Below, piece after piece: positions 9,610 through 18,404 of a stretch of 64,000 bases of DNA. A model generated the notes under the pieces. The model was given only the letters and a program-made list of their open reading frames with translations. It made no database searches and was not told the DNA's origin. The position numbers and the translations under genes are program-made. Source of the DNA: an uncultured Bacteroidota bacterium (GTDB lineage Bacteria; Bacteroidota; Ignavibacteria; UBA10030; UBA6906); NCBI GenBank assembly GCA_963700635.1, contig CAVOYH010000004.1, positions 672,001-736,000 of the forward strand, given 5' to 3'. Each line of letters opens with the position of its first letter. Within the stretch, counting starts at the first letter, position 1.

Positions 9610-12597
9610 TCAGGCGCCCCCTCCCGGCTTCAGGATCACCCCTTTGTTTTTGTGCCCGTTAATCTTCACGGTTATCGCTTCTTCAAAGCGCAGATGCCTC
9701 GTGAATACCAGTTCTTCCTCCGCTTCCTGCCGCTGGAGCCACTCCCAGTCGATAAACGAAGACGGCACCGCTGCATTCACGGTAAAGTACCCGACACGGA
9801 ATGAAGTGATGTTCTGAAAGAAATGTGACCCCTGGGAAGGAGTTACATGGATATCGCGGAATCCGGACTCGACGATCACGGCTGCCCCTGAGATCTGATC
9901 CCATGTCACGGGGATCCCCAGCCACGGATCCAGGCTGCCCCAGCGGCCGACGCCGATGATAAGATACGCACGTTTTTCCGCTACAAGTTTGGCGTTGAGC
10001 TGGCTTATCTCCTCGGCCACCTCGCGGCTCTTGGCCCGGTCAAAAGTCTGGATATCCACCACCACGATGTCAAAGATTCCGTCGAAGACGCCGTTGCCGA
10101 GTACCTGCTGACTTTCACAGATCAATTCCCGGGGCAGAATATCATCCACATCAAGTTCTTCCATTTCCAGGCTGAGCACCAGGGGACGGATCTGCAGGAG
10201 GGCAAAGTCGCGGGGCTTGTCGGGAGGAACGTTCATGTTCACAGCAAATTCCACTTCCACGTGCGTACCCATGCCCCACGTTCCGAGTTCGAGGATCAGC
10301 TCAAGGATTTCCGGGAGTGGGAAGGTCTTATGTTTCAGAACGGGGGCGAATGTGACGACACGTTTGCCCGGCCGGGAGATGCCGTCGTACACCGAATCGT
10401 TCTCGGAGGAGTACGTCGAGCCCACATAATAAAGGGTCTGGTCTTCTTCGGCTTTCGTCAGATCATATGTTTTGACGAACAGTTCCGGCTCGGGGTGCTC
10501 ATGCGGTAGGAGCCCCTGGGTGAGGTCAAGGGCGAGGAACTCCTGTTGTGCATTCCGGATGGTTTCCTTTGTTGAAAAAAACTGCATGAGGTGCCGGGGG
10601 TACTTCGGACAGAAGCGGACGGAATTTCCGCCTTCAACGACCGTCCGGCCGAGGCCCAAAACCACCTGTACGATCCCGTCAATGGCAGTCTGGGGGGGAA
10701 CCGGATAAAAGTTATACGATCTTGCCACACCCGCGAAATCAGGATAAAACCGGCTATTCCTTTCCGAGCCGACCATACGTTGTATGATCACCGCCATTTT
10801 TTCTTCTTCAAGGCGATAGGCGGTCGCCTTCATGTAGTCCCTTGCACGACGCATAAACGTGGAGGCGTACACACGTTTGATACTCTGCAGGAGTTCCTTC
10901 AGGCGGACATCGTGCTCGGGATGATTGTTGGGGATCATGAATGTGGAATAGACGCCCGCGAAGGGCTGATACTGGGAGTCCTCCAGCACGCTTGATGAAC
11001 GCACGGCGAGCGGTCCATGCATGAGTTCAAGGAACTCGGAGAGCCGGCTGAGTACCTCCTTCGGGAAATTCGGGGCAGCGAGAAATCGTTCGGCCAATTC
11101 CTTGTCATTACGCGCGCTGAGGGCATACCCTTCCAGGTTGTTCTCCGAAAGGAACCGGTCAAAAACGTCCGTGGCGATGACCGCCGCTCCGGGGACGGCG
11201 ATCTCGACGCCGGGGAAGTAATCCCGGATATGATACCGGTTGATGACCGAGTTGATGAACCCGAGTCCCCGCGCCTTGCCCCCGAGCGACCCGCCTCCGA
11301 TGCGCGAGAACCCGCTGACGGGATCAAAACTTTCTCGGTTAAACTCCGTGATCACTCCCCGCTGGCGGTTTTCCTGGTATTCCCGGAGCGCGGTCAGCAG
11401 TTCATTACGCAGGTCGGCGACGGAAGGGAAGTCCGAAACCTTGTGCGGGCGGAGCTTATGTGCCAGGCCGAACTCTGTGCGGGCCTTCAGCCAGTTCGAA
11501 AAATGATTGCGTGAAGCGTGGAACACGATGGACTCGTCAGGGACGACGTGCAGGAGTTCTTCCAGGCTTTTGAGATCCGTGGCCCGGCCTGCTTCCATCC
11601 CGTCGGATGATCGAAACACGAAGTCACCAAAGCCAAAATTGTCCAGCATGTACTGCCGGAGATTATGCAACAGCCGCGGTGATCCCTTCCGGAGAAATGT
11701 CGCGCCGATCTCCCGGGCCTTTTCCTCGTATTCTGAATTGCTGGACTGCAGGAGGATGGAAATATCGGTGTGCCGGTTCCGGACGTTGCGGGCGAACGCA
11801 AAGCCTGCGTCAGGATCCTTGAGGCCGTCACGCTTGAAGTTTACGTCGGTGATAATACCCAGAACAAATTCCTCGTACTTTTCATAGTACGCCCATGCTT
11901 CCTCATAATCGGTACAGAGGAGAATTTTGGGACGCGCGCGCATACGGAGGAACCGGTGCGTCATGTTCACTCCCTCCGAGATCAGGCGCTGTGACTGGTT
12001 CAGGATCTCCGTGTACACGAGGGGCAGGTACATCGAATAAAACTGCACACTGTCTTCGACCAGGATGATGACCTGCACGCCCACGGCCCTCGTGTCATTC
12101 TCCACGTTAAGCCGGTCTTCCAGGCATTTGATGATGGCAATAAGCAGCCGGTAATCGCCCTGCCAGAGGAAGACCTTTTCGAAGACGGAGGTATCATAAT
12201 GGGTTACCAGTTCCTTCCGCTCCTTGTTGTCGTAGGCCAGCAGGACAATCGGCGTGTCAATTCCCGCCTCGCGGACCATGCGCGCGAACCGGACAACGTG
12301 GACATCCTCAATATGAAGCGTGGTGATGATCAGGTCAAACGGCTCGCCGGAGCCGATGAGCTCGAGAGCCTCGCTTGCGCTGCTGACATGCGTAATTTCG
12401 GGGGGGTGACTGAGGTTGAGGACCTGAAATTCCTGACGGATAAGCTCGTACAGGCGTCCGTCTTCTTCAAACAGATACTGATCGTACAAACTCGAGACAA
12501 GAAGAATGTCACGGATTTTGTACCGCATCAACTTCTGGAAGTTCTGGGTCCGGGCGCCTAAAATCTCGTCTAATCGGGGTCGGACGTGCTTGGCCAT
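9610..12597 (-). CDS. Receiver-domain-fused PEP synthase/PPDK N-terminal (ATP-grasp) protein
   Basis: GGSLGGKARGL, LAVRSSSVLEDS..PFAGVY, MAVIIQ and VVLGLGRTVVEG (PPDK_N motifs); N-terminal receiver-like domains; C-terminal PSQGSHFF. Confidence 0.88.
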   Translation of the reverse strand: MAKHVRPRLDEILGARTQNFQKLMRYKIRDILLVSSLYDQYLFEEDGRLYELIRQEFQVLNLSHPPEITHVSSASEALELIGSGEPFDLIITTLHIEDVHVVRFARMVREAGIDTPIVLLAYDNKERKELVTHYDTSVFEKVFLWQGDYRLLIAIIKCLEDRLNVENDTRAVGVQVIILVEDSVQFYSMYLPLVYTEILNQSQRLISEGVNMTHRFLRMRARPKILLCTDYEEAWAYYEKYEEFVLGIITDVNFKRDGLKDPDAGFAFARNVRNRHTDISILLQSSNSEYEEKAREIGATFLRKGSPRLLHNLRQYMLDNFGFGDFVFRSSDGMEAGRATDLKSLEELLHVVPDESIVFHASRNHFSNWLKARTEFGLAHKLRPHKVSDFPSVADLRNELLTALREYQENRQRGVITEFNRESFDPVSGFSRIGGGSLGGKARGLGFINSVINRYHIRDYFPGVEIAVPGAAVIATDVFDRFLSENNLEGYALSARNDKELAERFLAAPNFPKEVLSRLSEFLELMHGPLAVRSSSVLEDSQYQPFAGVYSTFMIPNNHPEHDVRLKELLQSIKRVYASTFMRRARDYMKATAYRLEEEKMAVIIQRMVGSERNSRFYPDFAGVARSYNFYPVPPQTAIDGIVQVVLGLGRTVVEGGNSVRFCPKYPRHLMQFFSTKETIRNAQQEFLALDLTQGLLPHEHPEPELFVKTYDLTKAEEDQTLYYVGSTYSSENDSVYDGISRPGKRVVTFAPVLKHKTFPLPEILELILELGTWGMGTHVEVEFAVNMNVPPDKPRDFALLQIRPLVLSLEMEELDVDDILPRELICESQQVLGNGVFDGIFDIVVVDIQTFDRAKSREVAEEISQLNAKLVAEKRAYLIIGVGRWGSLDPWLGIPVTWDQISGAAVIVESGFRDIHVTPSQGSHFFQNITSFRVGYFTVNAAVPSSFIDWEWLQRQEAEEELVFTRHLRFEEAITVKINGHKNKGVILKPGGGA

Positions 12598-12636
12598 ACG
12601 GTGTGAGCTGGTTGATGGAAATGTTTCAGTGTTGGC

Positions 12637-12665
12637 ATGATACGTGAATTGCGCCTGAGCCGCAA
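12637..12665 (-). promoter_or_regulatory. sigma70-like promoter for the dikinase gene
   Basis: Minus strand TTGCGG-N17-TATCAT. Confidence 0.6.
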
Positions 12666-12675
12666 GCGGGAGAAG

Positions 12676-12709
12676 TTGATTTTGTCGCAGATGCTGGGTA
12701 TTTTATAAT
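12676..12709 (+). promoter_or_regulatory. sigma70-like promoter for pfk
   Basis: TTGATT-N17-TATTTT, with an overlapping TTGTCG-N16-TATAAT. Confidence 0.6.
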
Positions 12710-12812
12710 GATACACCTCCCTCAAAGGTGGCCCTGTGGGACACAATCAGGTCTGATGATTCTGTTACGTTGAGTTCACCGCTTCACTTGTATTTATCGT
12801 CAGGAGCAGAGT

Positions 12813-14015
12813 ATGGTCGACATTAAAAAAGGAAAAGGCACTCTTGGAATTCTCACCGGTGGGGGCGATGTACCCGGCCTGAATCCGGCTATTCGTGCCG
12901 TCACGATTCGCGCACTGCGCGAAGGGTACAGCGTTATTGGCATCCGGCGCGGATGGGCGGGGCTGGTGGACATCGTCCGCGAAAAGGACTACAACAATAC
13001 TGATAACTTCCAGGTTCTCTCAGAAGAGATCGTCAACAAAGCAGGTCGCACCGGCGGTACGTTTCTCCATACATCCCGCACGCGGCCCAGCCACGTGAAG
13101 AAGGCCAGCGTCCCCAAGCATCTGCAGGACAAATACAATGCCGAGACGAATGATCTGACGTCGGAGGTTGTGGCCAACCTTTCGTGGCTCGGGGTGGATT
13201 ATCTTATTCCGATCGGTGGCGACGACACGCTGAGCTACGGTGTGCGTTTGTATCAGGACGGCATGAAGGTTGTCGCTATTCCCAAGACGATGGACAACGA
13301 TGTGCCCGGCACAGATTATTGCATCGGATTCAGCACGTGTGTGACACGGACGATCCAGATGACCAACAGTCTTCGCACGTCCGCAGGTTCCCATGAACGA
13401 TTCCTTGTGCTGGAAGTGTTTGGCCGGTACGCCGGATTTACGGCCATGGTGCCCACGATGGCCGGAGCCGCCAACCGGTGTGTAATCCCCGAACACAAAT
13501 ATGACATGGAACATCTCACCGAGCTGATGGCCTACGATCGCAGGAACAATCCAAGTCGCTATGCCGTCGTGCTGGTCTCCGAGGGTTCGATGTTTCAGGG
13601 CGGGGAGATGATGTTCTCAAAGGAGACAACCGATGCCTACGGTCACAAGAAGCTGGGGGGGATCGGAGATCTGGTTTCAGAAAGGCTGAAAGAACTTTCC
13701 CCGAAATTCAACGACGGAAAACCCATCAATACGATTGCCCAGAAACTCGGTTACCTTGTGCGAGGCGGTGATCCGGATGCAGTCGATTCGATCGTGCCGA
13801 TGGCATACGGAAACCTCGCGCTGGACCTTATGCTGAAGGGCGTTCACGGGCGCCTGGTAGTGCTGAAGAACGGCAGGTATGATAACATGCCGCTTGATGT
13901 GGTGACAAGTTCCAAAAAAGTGGTGAATGTCCGCGAACACTATAACATCGAACGGCTTCGCCCGCAATATAACAGCTTCGAGATGAAGCCGCTTTTCCTG
14001 ACCACCAGTGAATAG
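12813..14015 (+). CDS. pfkA: 6-phosphofructokinase (PfkA superfamily) with PPi-dependent signature residues
   Basis: TGGGDVPGLN, GGTFLHTSR, GGDDT, PKTMDND, LGYLVRGG. Confidence 0.93.
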   Translation: MVDIKKGKGTLGILTGGGDVPGLNPAIRAVTIRALREGYSVIGIRRGWAGLVDIVREKDYNNTDNFQVLSEEIVNKAGRTGGTFLHTSRTRPSHVKKASVPKHLQDKYNAETNDLTSEVVANLSWLGVDYLIPIGGDDTLSYGVRLYQDGMKVVAIPKTMDNDVPGTDYCIGFSTCVTRTIQMTNSLRTSAGSHERFLVLEVFGRYAGFTAMVPTMAGAANRCVIPEHKYDMEHLTELMAYDRRNNPSRYAVVLVSEGSMFQGGEMMFSKETTDAYGHKKLGGIGDLVSERLKELSPKFNDGKPINTIAQKLGYLVRGGDPDAVDSIVPMAYGNLALDLMLKGVHGRLVVLKNGRYDNMPLDVVTSSKKVVNVREHYNIERLRPQYNSFEMKPLFLTTSE

Positions 14016-14045
14016 CGTGGTACCAGCCTGAATCCCGTATCTTTT

Positions 14046-14090
14046 GCAGCCCGGAACGCCGCGAAAATGGTGTTCCGGGTTGCTTCACCC
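14046..14090 (+). terminator. Terminator-like hairpin after pfk
   Basis: GCAGCCCGGAACGCC / GGTGTTCCGGGTTGC stem with G-U pairs; the tail is pyrimidine-rich but the U-tract is weak. Confidence 0.55.
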
Positions 14091-14101
14091 TTCTCCCGGA
14101 G

Positions 14102-16423
14102 ATGATTATGCGATTTCTCATGGTGTCACTCCTGTTGGCTGTTGTGCTTTCTCAAAGCGCCCCTCTCCATGCCCAGAATCGTGCAATCACACGGGAGGAA
14201 TACCTTAGCTATATGAAAGGCGCTGCGGACGATGGGTGGTCCACACTCCAGGCCGACCGTGAACGCTGGCGGAAAAACGTGGATGTGGAGTATGTGTTCG
14301 GCTACAACCCGCCCGGCAATGAAGTGTATCTTGCCGCCCTGTGTGCAAATCTGTACGAAGCGACCTCGAACCCGGAGTATCTCCAGCGCGCAAAACAGTT
14401 GATTCTGGAATTTGGCAAACATCGTGACGCCTATCCGCGGGATTTCGCCGCAACACGGCAGGAATACGGCGGGGCGCTCCCCGTGATCCCGAATATCTTC
14501 TATTTTGGAAAGTACTGTCATGCGTATGCCCTCGTGAAGAAACACCTCACCCTGACGCCGGCGGAACGGTCGACGATTGATGAAGGCATTGCCGGCAGCG
14601 CAGACTATATCGTGCGTTTTCAGGAGTGGGGCGCGATGAACCGGGCTATGCTCCGGGCGGAAGCCCTGTTGTATGCCGCAAAAGTTGTTCCGGATCATCC
14701 CCATCAACCCCGATGGCTCACCATGGGGAACGCAATCGCAGGCGACAACTTTGAAGAATGGGAAATTGAGGATGCCACCGGATACAACGGAATCTGGTTG
14801 TATTCACTCCTCGCCTACCTGAGCGATATCCGGGAGGAAGAAACATCCTACCGGTCACCAATCTTGCAATACTACTTCGAGTACTATCTTCAGTTGATTT
14901 CGCCCGCGGGAATTATTCCCGATGTCGGAGACGCCAACTGGGGGAGCGGGTGGGACCGGATGATTCCGTTTTTTGAAAAGGGCGCGGCAATCAACAAAGA
15001 CCCCCGGCTGCGCTGGGCTGCCGCGAGCCAGTTCAGAAAGTATATGGATCCCCAGCCTGCAAGAAAGAGCGTGTTTCTGGGAGTGATCTTTGCTGATGCT
15101 CTCCGCTGGGCCGACTTCTCGCTCCCGGCCACGGCGCCGACCAACGGGAGCAGGCAGGTTCTCGAGGACATCGTCGGAAAGAAAGTGGTCTTCCGGAATG
15201 GATGGACTCCCACGAGTACCTATATGCTTCTGAACTACCGGGATGAAGGAGACGGCGGGTGGCTTTTCCGCGAAAATCTCCGGACGGGCATTCCCGTCGA
15301 GGAAGAGAAGATGCACCACGGGCACTCGGACGAGAATAGTATCGCCCTGCTCATGCGTAACAACAGCATCCTGTTGCATGACGGTGGATACAGGGACTAT
15401 ATGCCAAGCGGTCCGTATGGCGCCTTCCGCGCCGACTACCACCATAACCGGCTTGCGGTGCGCGACGGGAAAATCGCGCTCGGCCAACGGCAGGGGGAGT
15501 GGCGGTATGCCACACCGAACCAGCATGCAGTTCCCGGACAGTCCATGCTGGACTACTTCCGGAACTCCGGAGCATATCGGGAGGTCCGCACGCGCAAGAT
15601 CGATTTCCTTGCACTCAAGGATGTCGACTATTCGCGCACCCGGTTGATCGATGAAGGGCTGGGGTACGAGTCCGACCGCCTTATCTATTATATCAAGCAA
15701 CTCGACTGGTTTGTCGTGCTGGATGTGCTCCGTTTTACGCGCCCGACATATCTGACCATGGCGAACCTCTGGCACACCCGCCAGGTGCTTGCCAGCGGCC
15801 CGGGATGGTATGACACCGCCTATGATTCTCTGAACACGCTGGATGTCCGGGGACCGGACCGTTTGCTCGTGCTTTTCCCCCAGCGCGCGCAGCTGGCGGA
15901 AGGTGTCGAAGACATCCAGCGCTACTATCAGTCTGAAAAGGTGGTGTATCAAATGATCGGGCGGCACGGCTACCGGAATGCCCTGCAGAGTTTTGTGACG
16001 GTTCTCATCCCGCACGGCCCCGGACAGAAACCCGAGGATCTTGCTGCGTGCGTGGAAATGCTCCCGACAGACGACCCCGCCCGCGCCGTTGCCCTCAAGA
16101 TCACCAGGGATGGTACCACGTATATACTCGGCGCAAAACTTGATCTGGAGGCCGAGCTGGTGCGCGACTGGCGCCGGCCAATGTATACATATGATTCGGG
16201 CAAAACGCGGTATGGTGAATACGAAACAGACGCCTTCACACTCTTCGCTGTGGAGACAAAGGCGTCGCTCCGCTACGCCGTTGTCGGTGCGGTCAAAGTG
16301 ACGCATCGCGGTACAGTCCTGCACGAACAACTGCCGGTGCGCGCGGGATTAAGTTTTGACGGAGGCCCCGATCAACCGGGCACACTCAAGATGCGGCACT
16401 GGGAGGGGGAAGTACGGCGATGA
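14102..16423 (+). CDS. Secreted heparinase II/III-like polysaccharide lyase (helical N-terminus plus beta-sandwich)
   Basis: Signal peptide; PDVGDA; HGHSDENSIAL..LLHDGGY..FR..HN.L.V.D matches the Hepar_II_III pattern. Confidence 0.65.
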   Translation: MIMRFLMVSLLLAVVLSQSAPLHAQNRAITREEYLSYMKGAADDGWSTLQADRERWRKNVDVEYVFGYNPPGNEVYLAALCANLYEATSNPEYLQRAKQLILEFGKHRDAYPRDFAATRQEYGGALPVIPNIFYFGKYCHAYALVKKHLTLTPAERSTIDEGIAGSADYIVRFQEWGAMNRAMLRAEALLYAAKVVPDHPHQPRWLTMGNAIAGDNFEEWEIEDATGYNGIWLYSLLAYLSDIREEETSYRSPILQYYFEYYLQLISPAGIIPDVGDANWGSGWDRMIPFFEKGAAINKDPRLRWAAASQFRKYMDPQPARKSVFLGVIFADALRWADFSLPATAPTNGSRQVLEDIVGKKVVFRNGWTPTSTYMLLNYRDEGDGGWLFRENLRTGIPVEEEKMHHGHSDENSIALLMRNNSILLHDGGYRDYMPSGPYGAFRADYHHNRLAVRDGKIALGQRQGEWRYATPNQHAVPGQSMLDYFRNSGAYREVRTRKIDFLALKDVDYSRTRLIDEGLGYESDRLIYYIKQLDWFVVLDVLRFTRPTYLTMANLWHTRQVLASGPGWYDTAYDSLNTLDVRGPDRLLVLFPQRAQLAEGVEDIQRYYQSEKVVYQMIGRHGYRNALQSFVTVLIPHGPGQKPEDLAACVEMLPTDDPARAVALKITRDGTTYILGAKLDLEAELVRDWRRPMYTYDSGKTRYGEYETDAFTLFAVETKASLRYAVVGAVKVTHRGTVLHEQLPVRAGLSFDGGPDQPGTLKMRHWEGEVRR

Positions 16424-17676
16424 GTCTGACGTCGCGCGAACGGCTTGCAACGACCCTCCGCCATCAGTCTCCGGACCGCGTGTGTGTGGATTTTGGGGCG
16501 ACGGCGGTGACCGGCATGGCGGCCAGTCTCGTCTCCAAGCTGCGGTGCAAAGTTCTGGGAAACCCCGGGTACCGGGTGAAAGTGACCGAACCATATCAGA
16601 TGCTGGGAGAAATTGATGATGAATTGCGCGAAGCCCTCGGCATCGACGTGATGGGAGTCGCGGCGCCCAGGACAATGTTCGGATTCGCCAATCGCGGCTG
16701 GAAGCCGTTCACACTGTTCGACGGGACGGAGGTGCTTGTACCGGAGGACTTTCGTGTTACGGTGGACGACCACCAGAATCTGCTCATCTATCCGGAAGGG
16801 GACACATCAGTCCCACCGAGCGGCCGGATGCCGGAGGGAGGGCATTTTTTTGATGCGATTCCGCGGCAGGAACCCGTCGTCGAAGAAGAGCTGGATCCGG
16901 CGGCGAATCTTGAGGAGTTTACCCTCCTGACGGAAACCGATCTTCACCATTATGACACCGAGGCCGATCGGGCCGTCCTGCGGGAGAAGGGATCCATCGT
17001 GGGCACTCCCGGCACGGCATTCGGTGATATCGCGCTCGTCCCAGCGGTGTGGAGAAAACACACGAGGGGGATCCGCGAGATCGAAGAGTGGTATGTCTCG
17101 ACAAGCGCCCGGAAGGACTATGTTTTCAAAGTGTTCGAAGGTCAATGCGAAATCGCCCTCCAGAATCTCGAACGCCTGATTTCAACCCTCGGCTACAAGG
17201 TGCAGGTCGCCTTTGTCACCGGCACGGACTTTGGAACGCAGACCGGGCTTTTTATCTCGCCCAAGGCCTACCGGGACCTGTACATGCCCTTCCACAAGAT
17301 CATCAACGAGTACATCCACAAACATTCACCCTGGAAAACATTCATCCATTCCTGTGGATGTGTGGTTGATCTGATACCGGATTTTATCGAGGCCGGCTTT
17401 GATATCCTCAATCCGGTCCAGACTTCGGCAGCCGGGATGGATCCTGTCTGGCTCAAGAAGACATACGGCAAAGATCTGGTGTTCTGGGGGGGAGGGGTGG
17501 ACACTCAGAAAACTCTCCCGTACGGCACTCCTGCGGAGGTGTTTGATGAAGTCCGGGAGCGGATCCGCATCTTCAATGATGGCGGAGGATTTGTCTTTAA
17601 TTCGGTCCACAACATTCAGGCGAATGTCCCTGTGGAAAACGTCGAAGCGATGTTTCGGGCGCTTGGAGAAGCATAG
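16420..17676 (+). CDS. URO-D/MtaA-CmuA-superfamily TIM-barrel protein
   Basis: MSLTSRERL..PDRV, DFGTQ..FISP, HSCG, GFDILNPVQ, FWGGGVDTQ, GGGFVFNSVHNIQ. Confidence 0.9.
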   Translation: MSLTSRERLATTLRHQSPDRVCVDFGATAVTGMAASLVSKLRCKVLGNPGYRVKVTEPYQMLGEIDDELREALGIDVMGVAAPRTMFGFANRGWKPFTLFDGTEVLVPEDFRVTVDDHQNLLIYPEGDTSVPPSGRMPEGGHFFDAIPRQEPVVEEELDPAANLEEFTLLTETDLHHYDTEADRAVLREKGSIVGTPGTAFGDIALVPAVWRKHTRGIREIEEWYVSTSARKDYVFKVFEGQCEIALQNLERLISTLGYKVQVAFVTGTDFGTQTGLFISPKAYRDLYMPFHKIINEYIHKHSPWKTFIHSCGCVVDLIPDFIEAGFDILNPVQTSAAGMDPVWLKKTYGKDLVFWGGGVDTQKTLPYGTPAEVFDEVRERIRIFNDGGGFVFNSVHNIQANVPVENVEAMFRALGEA

Positions 17677-17720
17677 AAAGTGAAAGCCAGGGACACACGG
17701 GAAGGGAGCATGCGGAAGGT

Positions 17721-18404
17721 ATGGGGGCAGCGCGAAGCGTAAAGGCTGTGATGTTTGATCTGGATGGGACCCTGCTGGATTCGCTGGAAGATCTCGCAGA
17801 TTCGATGAACACTGTCCTGACAGAAAAAGGGTGGCCCCCGCATCCGGTTGATGCCTATCGGTATTTTGTCGGAGATGGCGCGGCAACCCTGATCCATCGT
17901 GTGCTGCCTGCAGACCACCGCACCCCCGCAGTAGAAGCTGAATGTCTGAGCCTGTTCCGGGCGGCTTACGCCACGCGATGGAATATCAAGACGCGCCCGT
18001 ATCAGGGCATCCCGGAAATGCTCGCTGCCCTCGCTGCCCGGAAAACCAGAATGGCCGTGCTTTCGAACAAGCCGCATGATGCCACGGAGCAATGTGTCCG
18101 GGAATTGCTCAGGGAGACCAGGTTCGATGCGGTACAGGGTCAGCGTGCAACAATTCCCAAAAAGCCCGCGCCCGACGGTGCGGTGATTGTCGCCCGTACG
18201 CTCGGCGTGGAACCCGGGGAAATCCTCTACCTCGGGGATACGGCCACCGACATGCAGACCGCCGTGGGGGCAGGGATGATTCCCATCGGTGCACTCTGGG
18301 GATTCCGGTCCGCCGGAGAGCTGCTCGAGCACGGTGCGCGTCGGGTGCTCGGGCATCCGCAGGAGCTTCTCCCTCTTCTTGACGACAGGACATTCTTCGC
18401 ATGA
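17721..18404 (+). CDS. HAD-family hydrolase (phosphoglycolate phosphatase-like)
   Basis: FDLDGTL, SNK, KPAP and YLGD..TD motifs. Confidence 0.92.
   Translation: MGAARSVKAVMFDLDGTLLDSLEDLADSMNTVLTEKGWPPHPVDAYRYFVGDGAATLIHRVLPADHRTPAVEAECLSLFRAAYATRWNIKTRPYQGIPEMLAALAARKTRMAVLSNKPHDATEQCVRELLRETRFDAVQGQRATIPKKPAPDGAVIVARTLGVEPGEILYLGDTATDMQTAVGAGMIPIGALWGFRSAGELLEHGARRVLGHPQELLPLLDDRTFFA

Noticed and set aside
12633-12648. sigma54-like TGGCATGATACGTGAA
   Set aside because: Lacks the -12 GC, and the site is explained by the minus-strand sigma70 -10 box.
14855-16330. 491-aa antisense ORF
   Set aside because: Shadow of the lyase-like gene on the opposite strand; no motifs; expected in GC-rich DNA.
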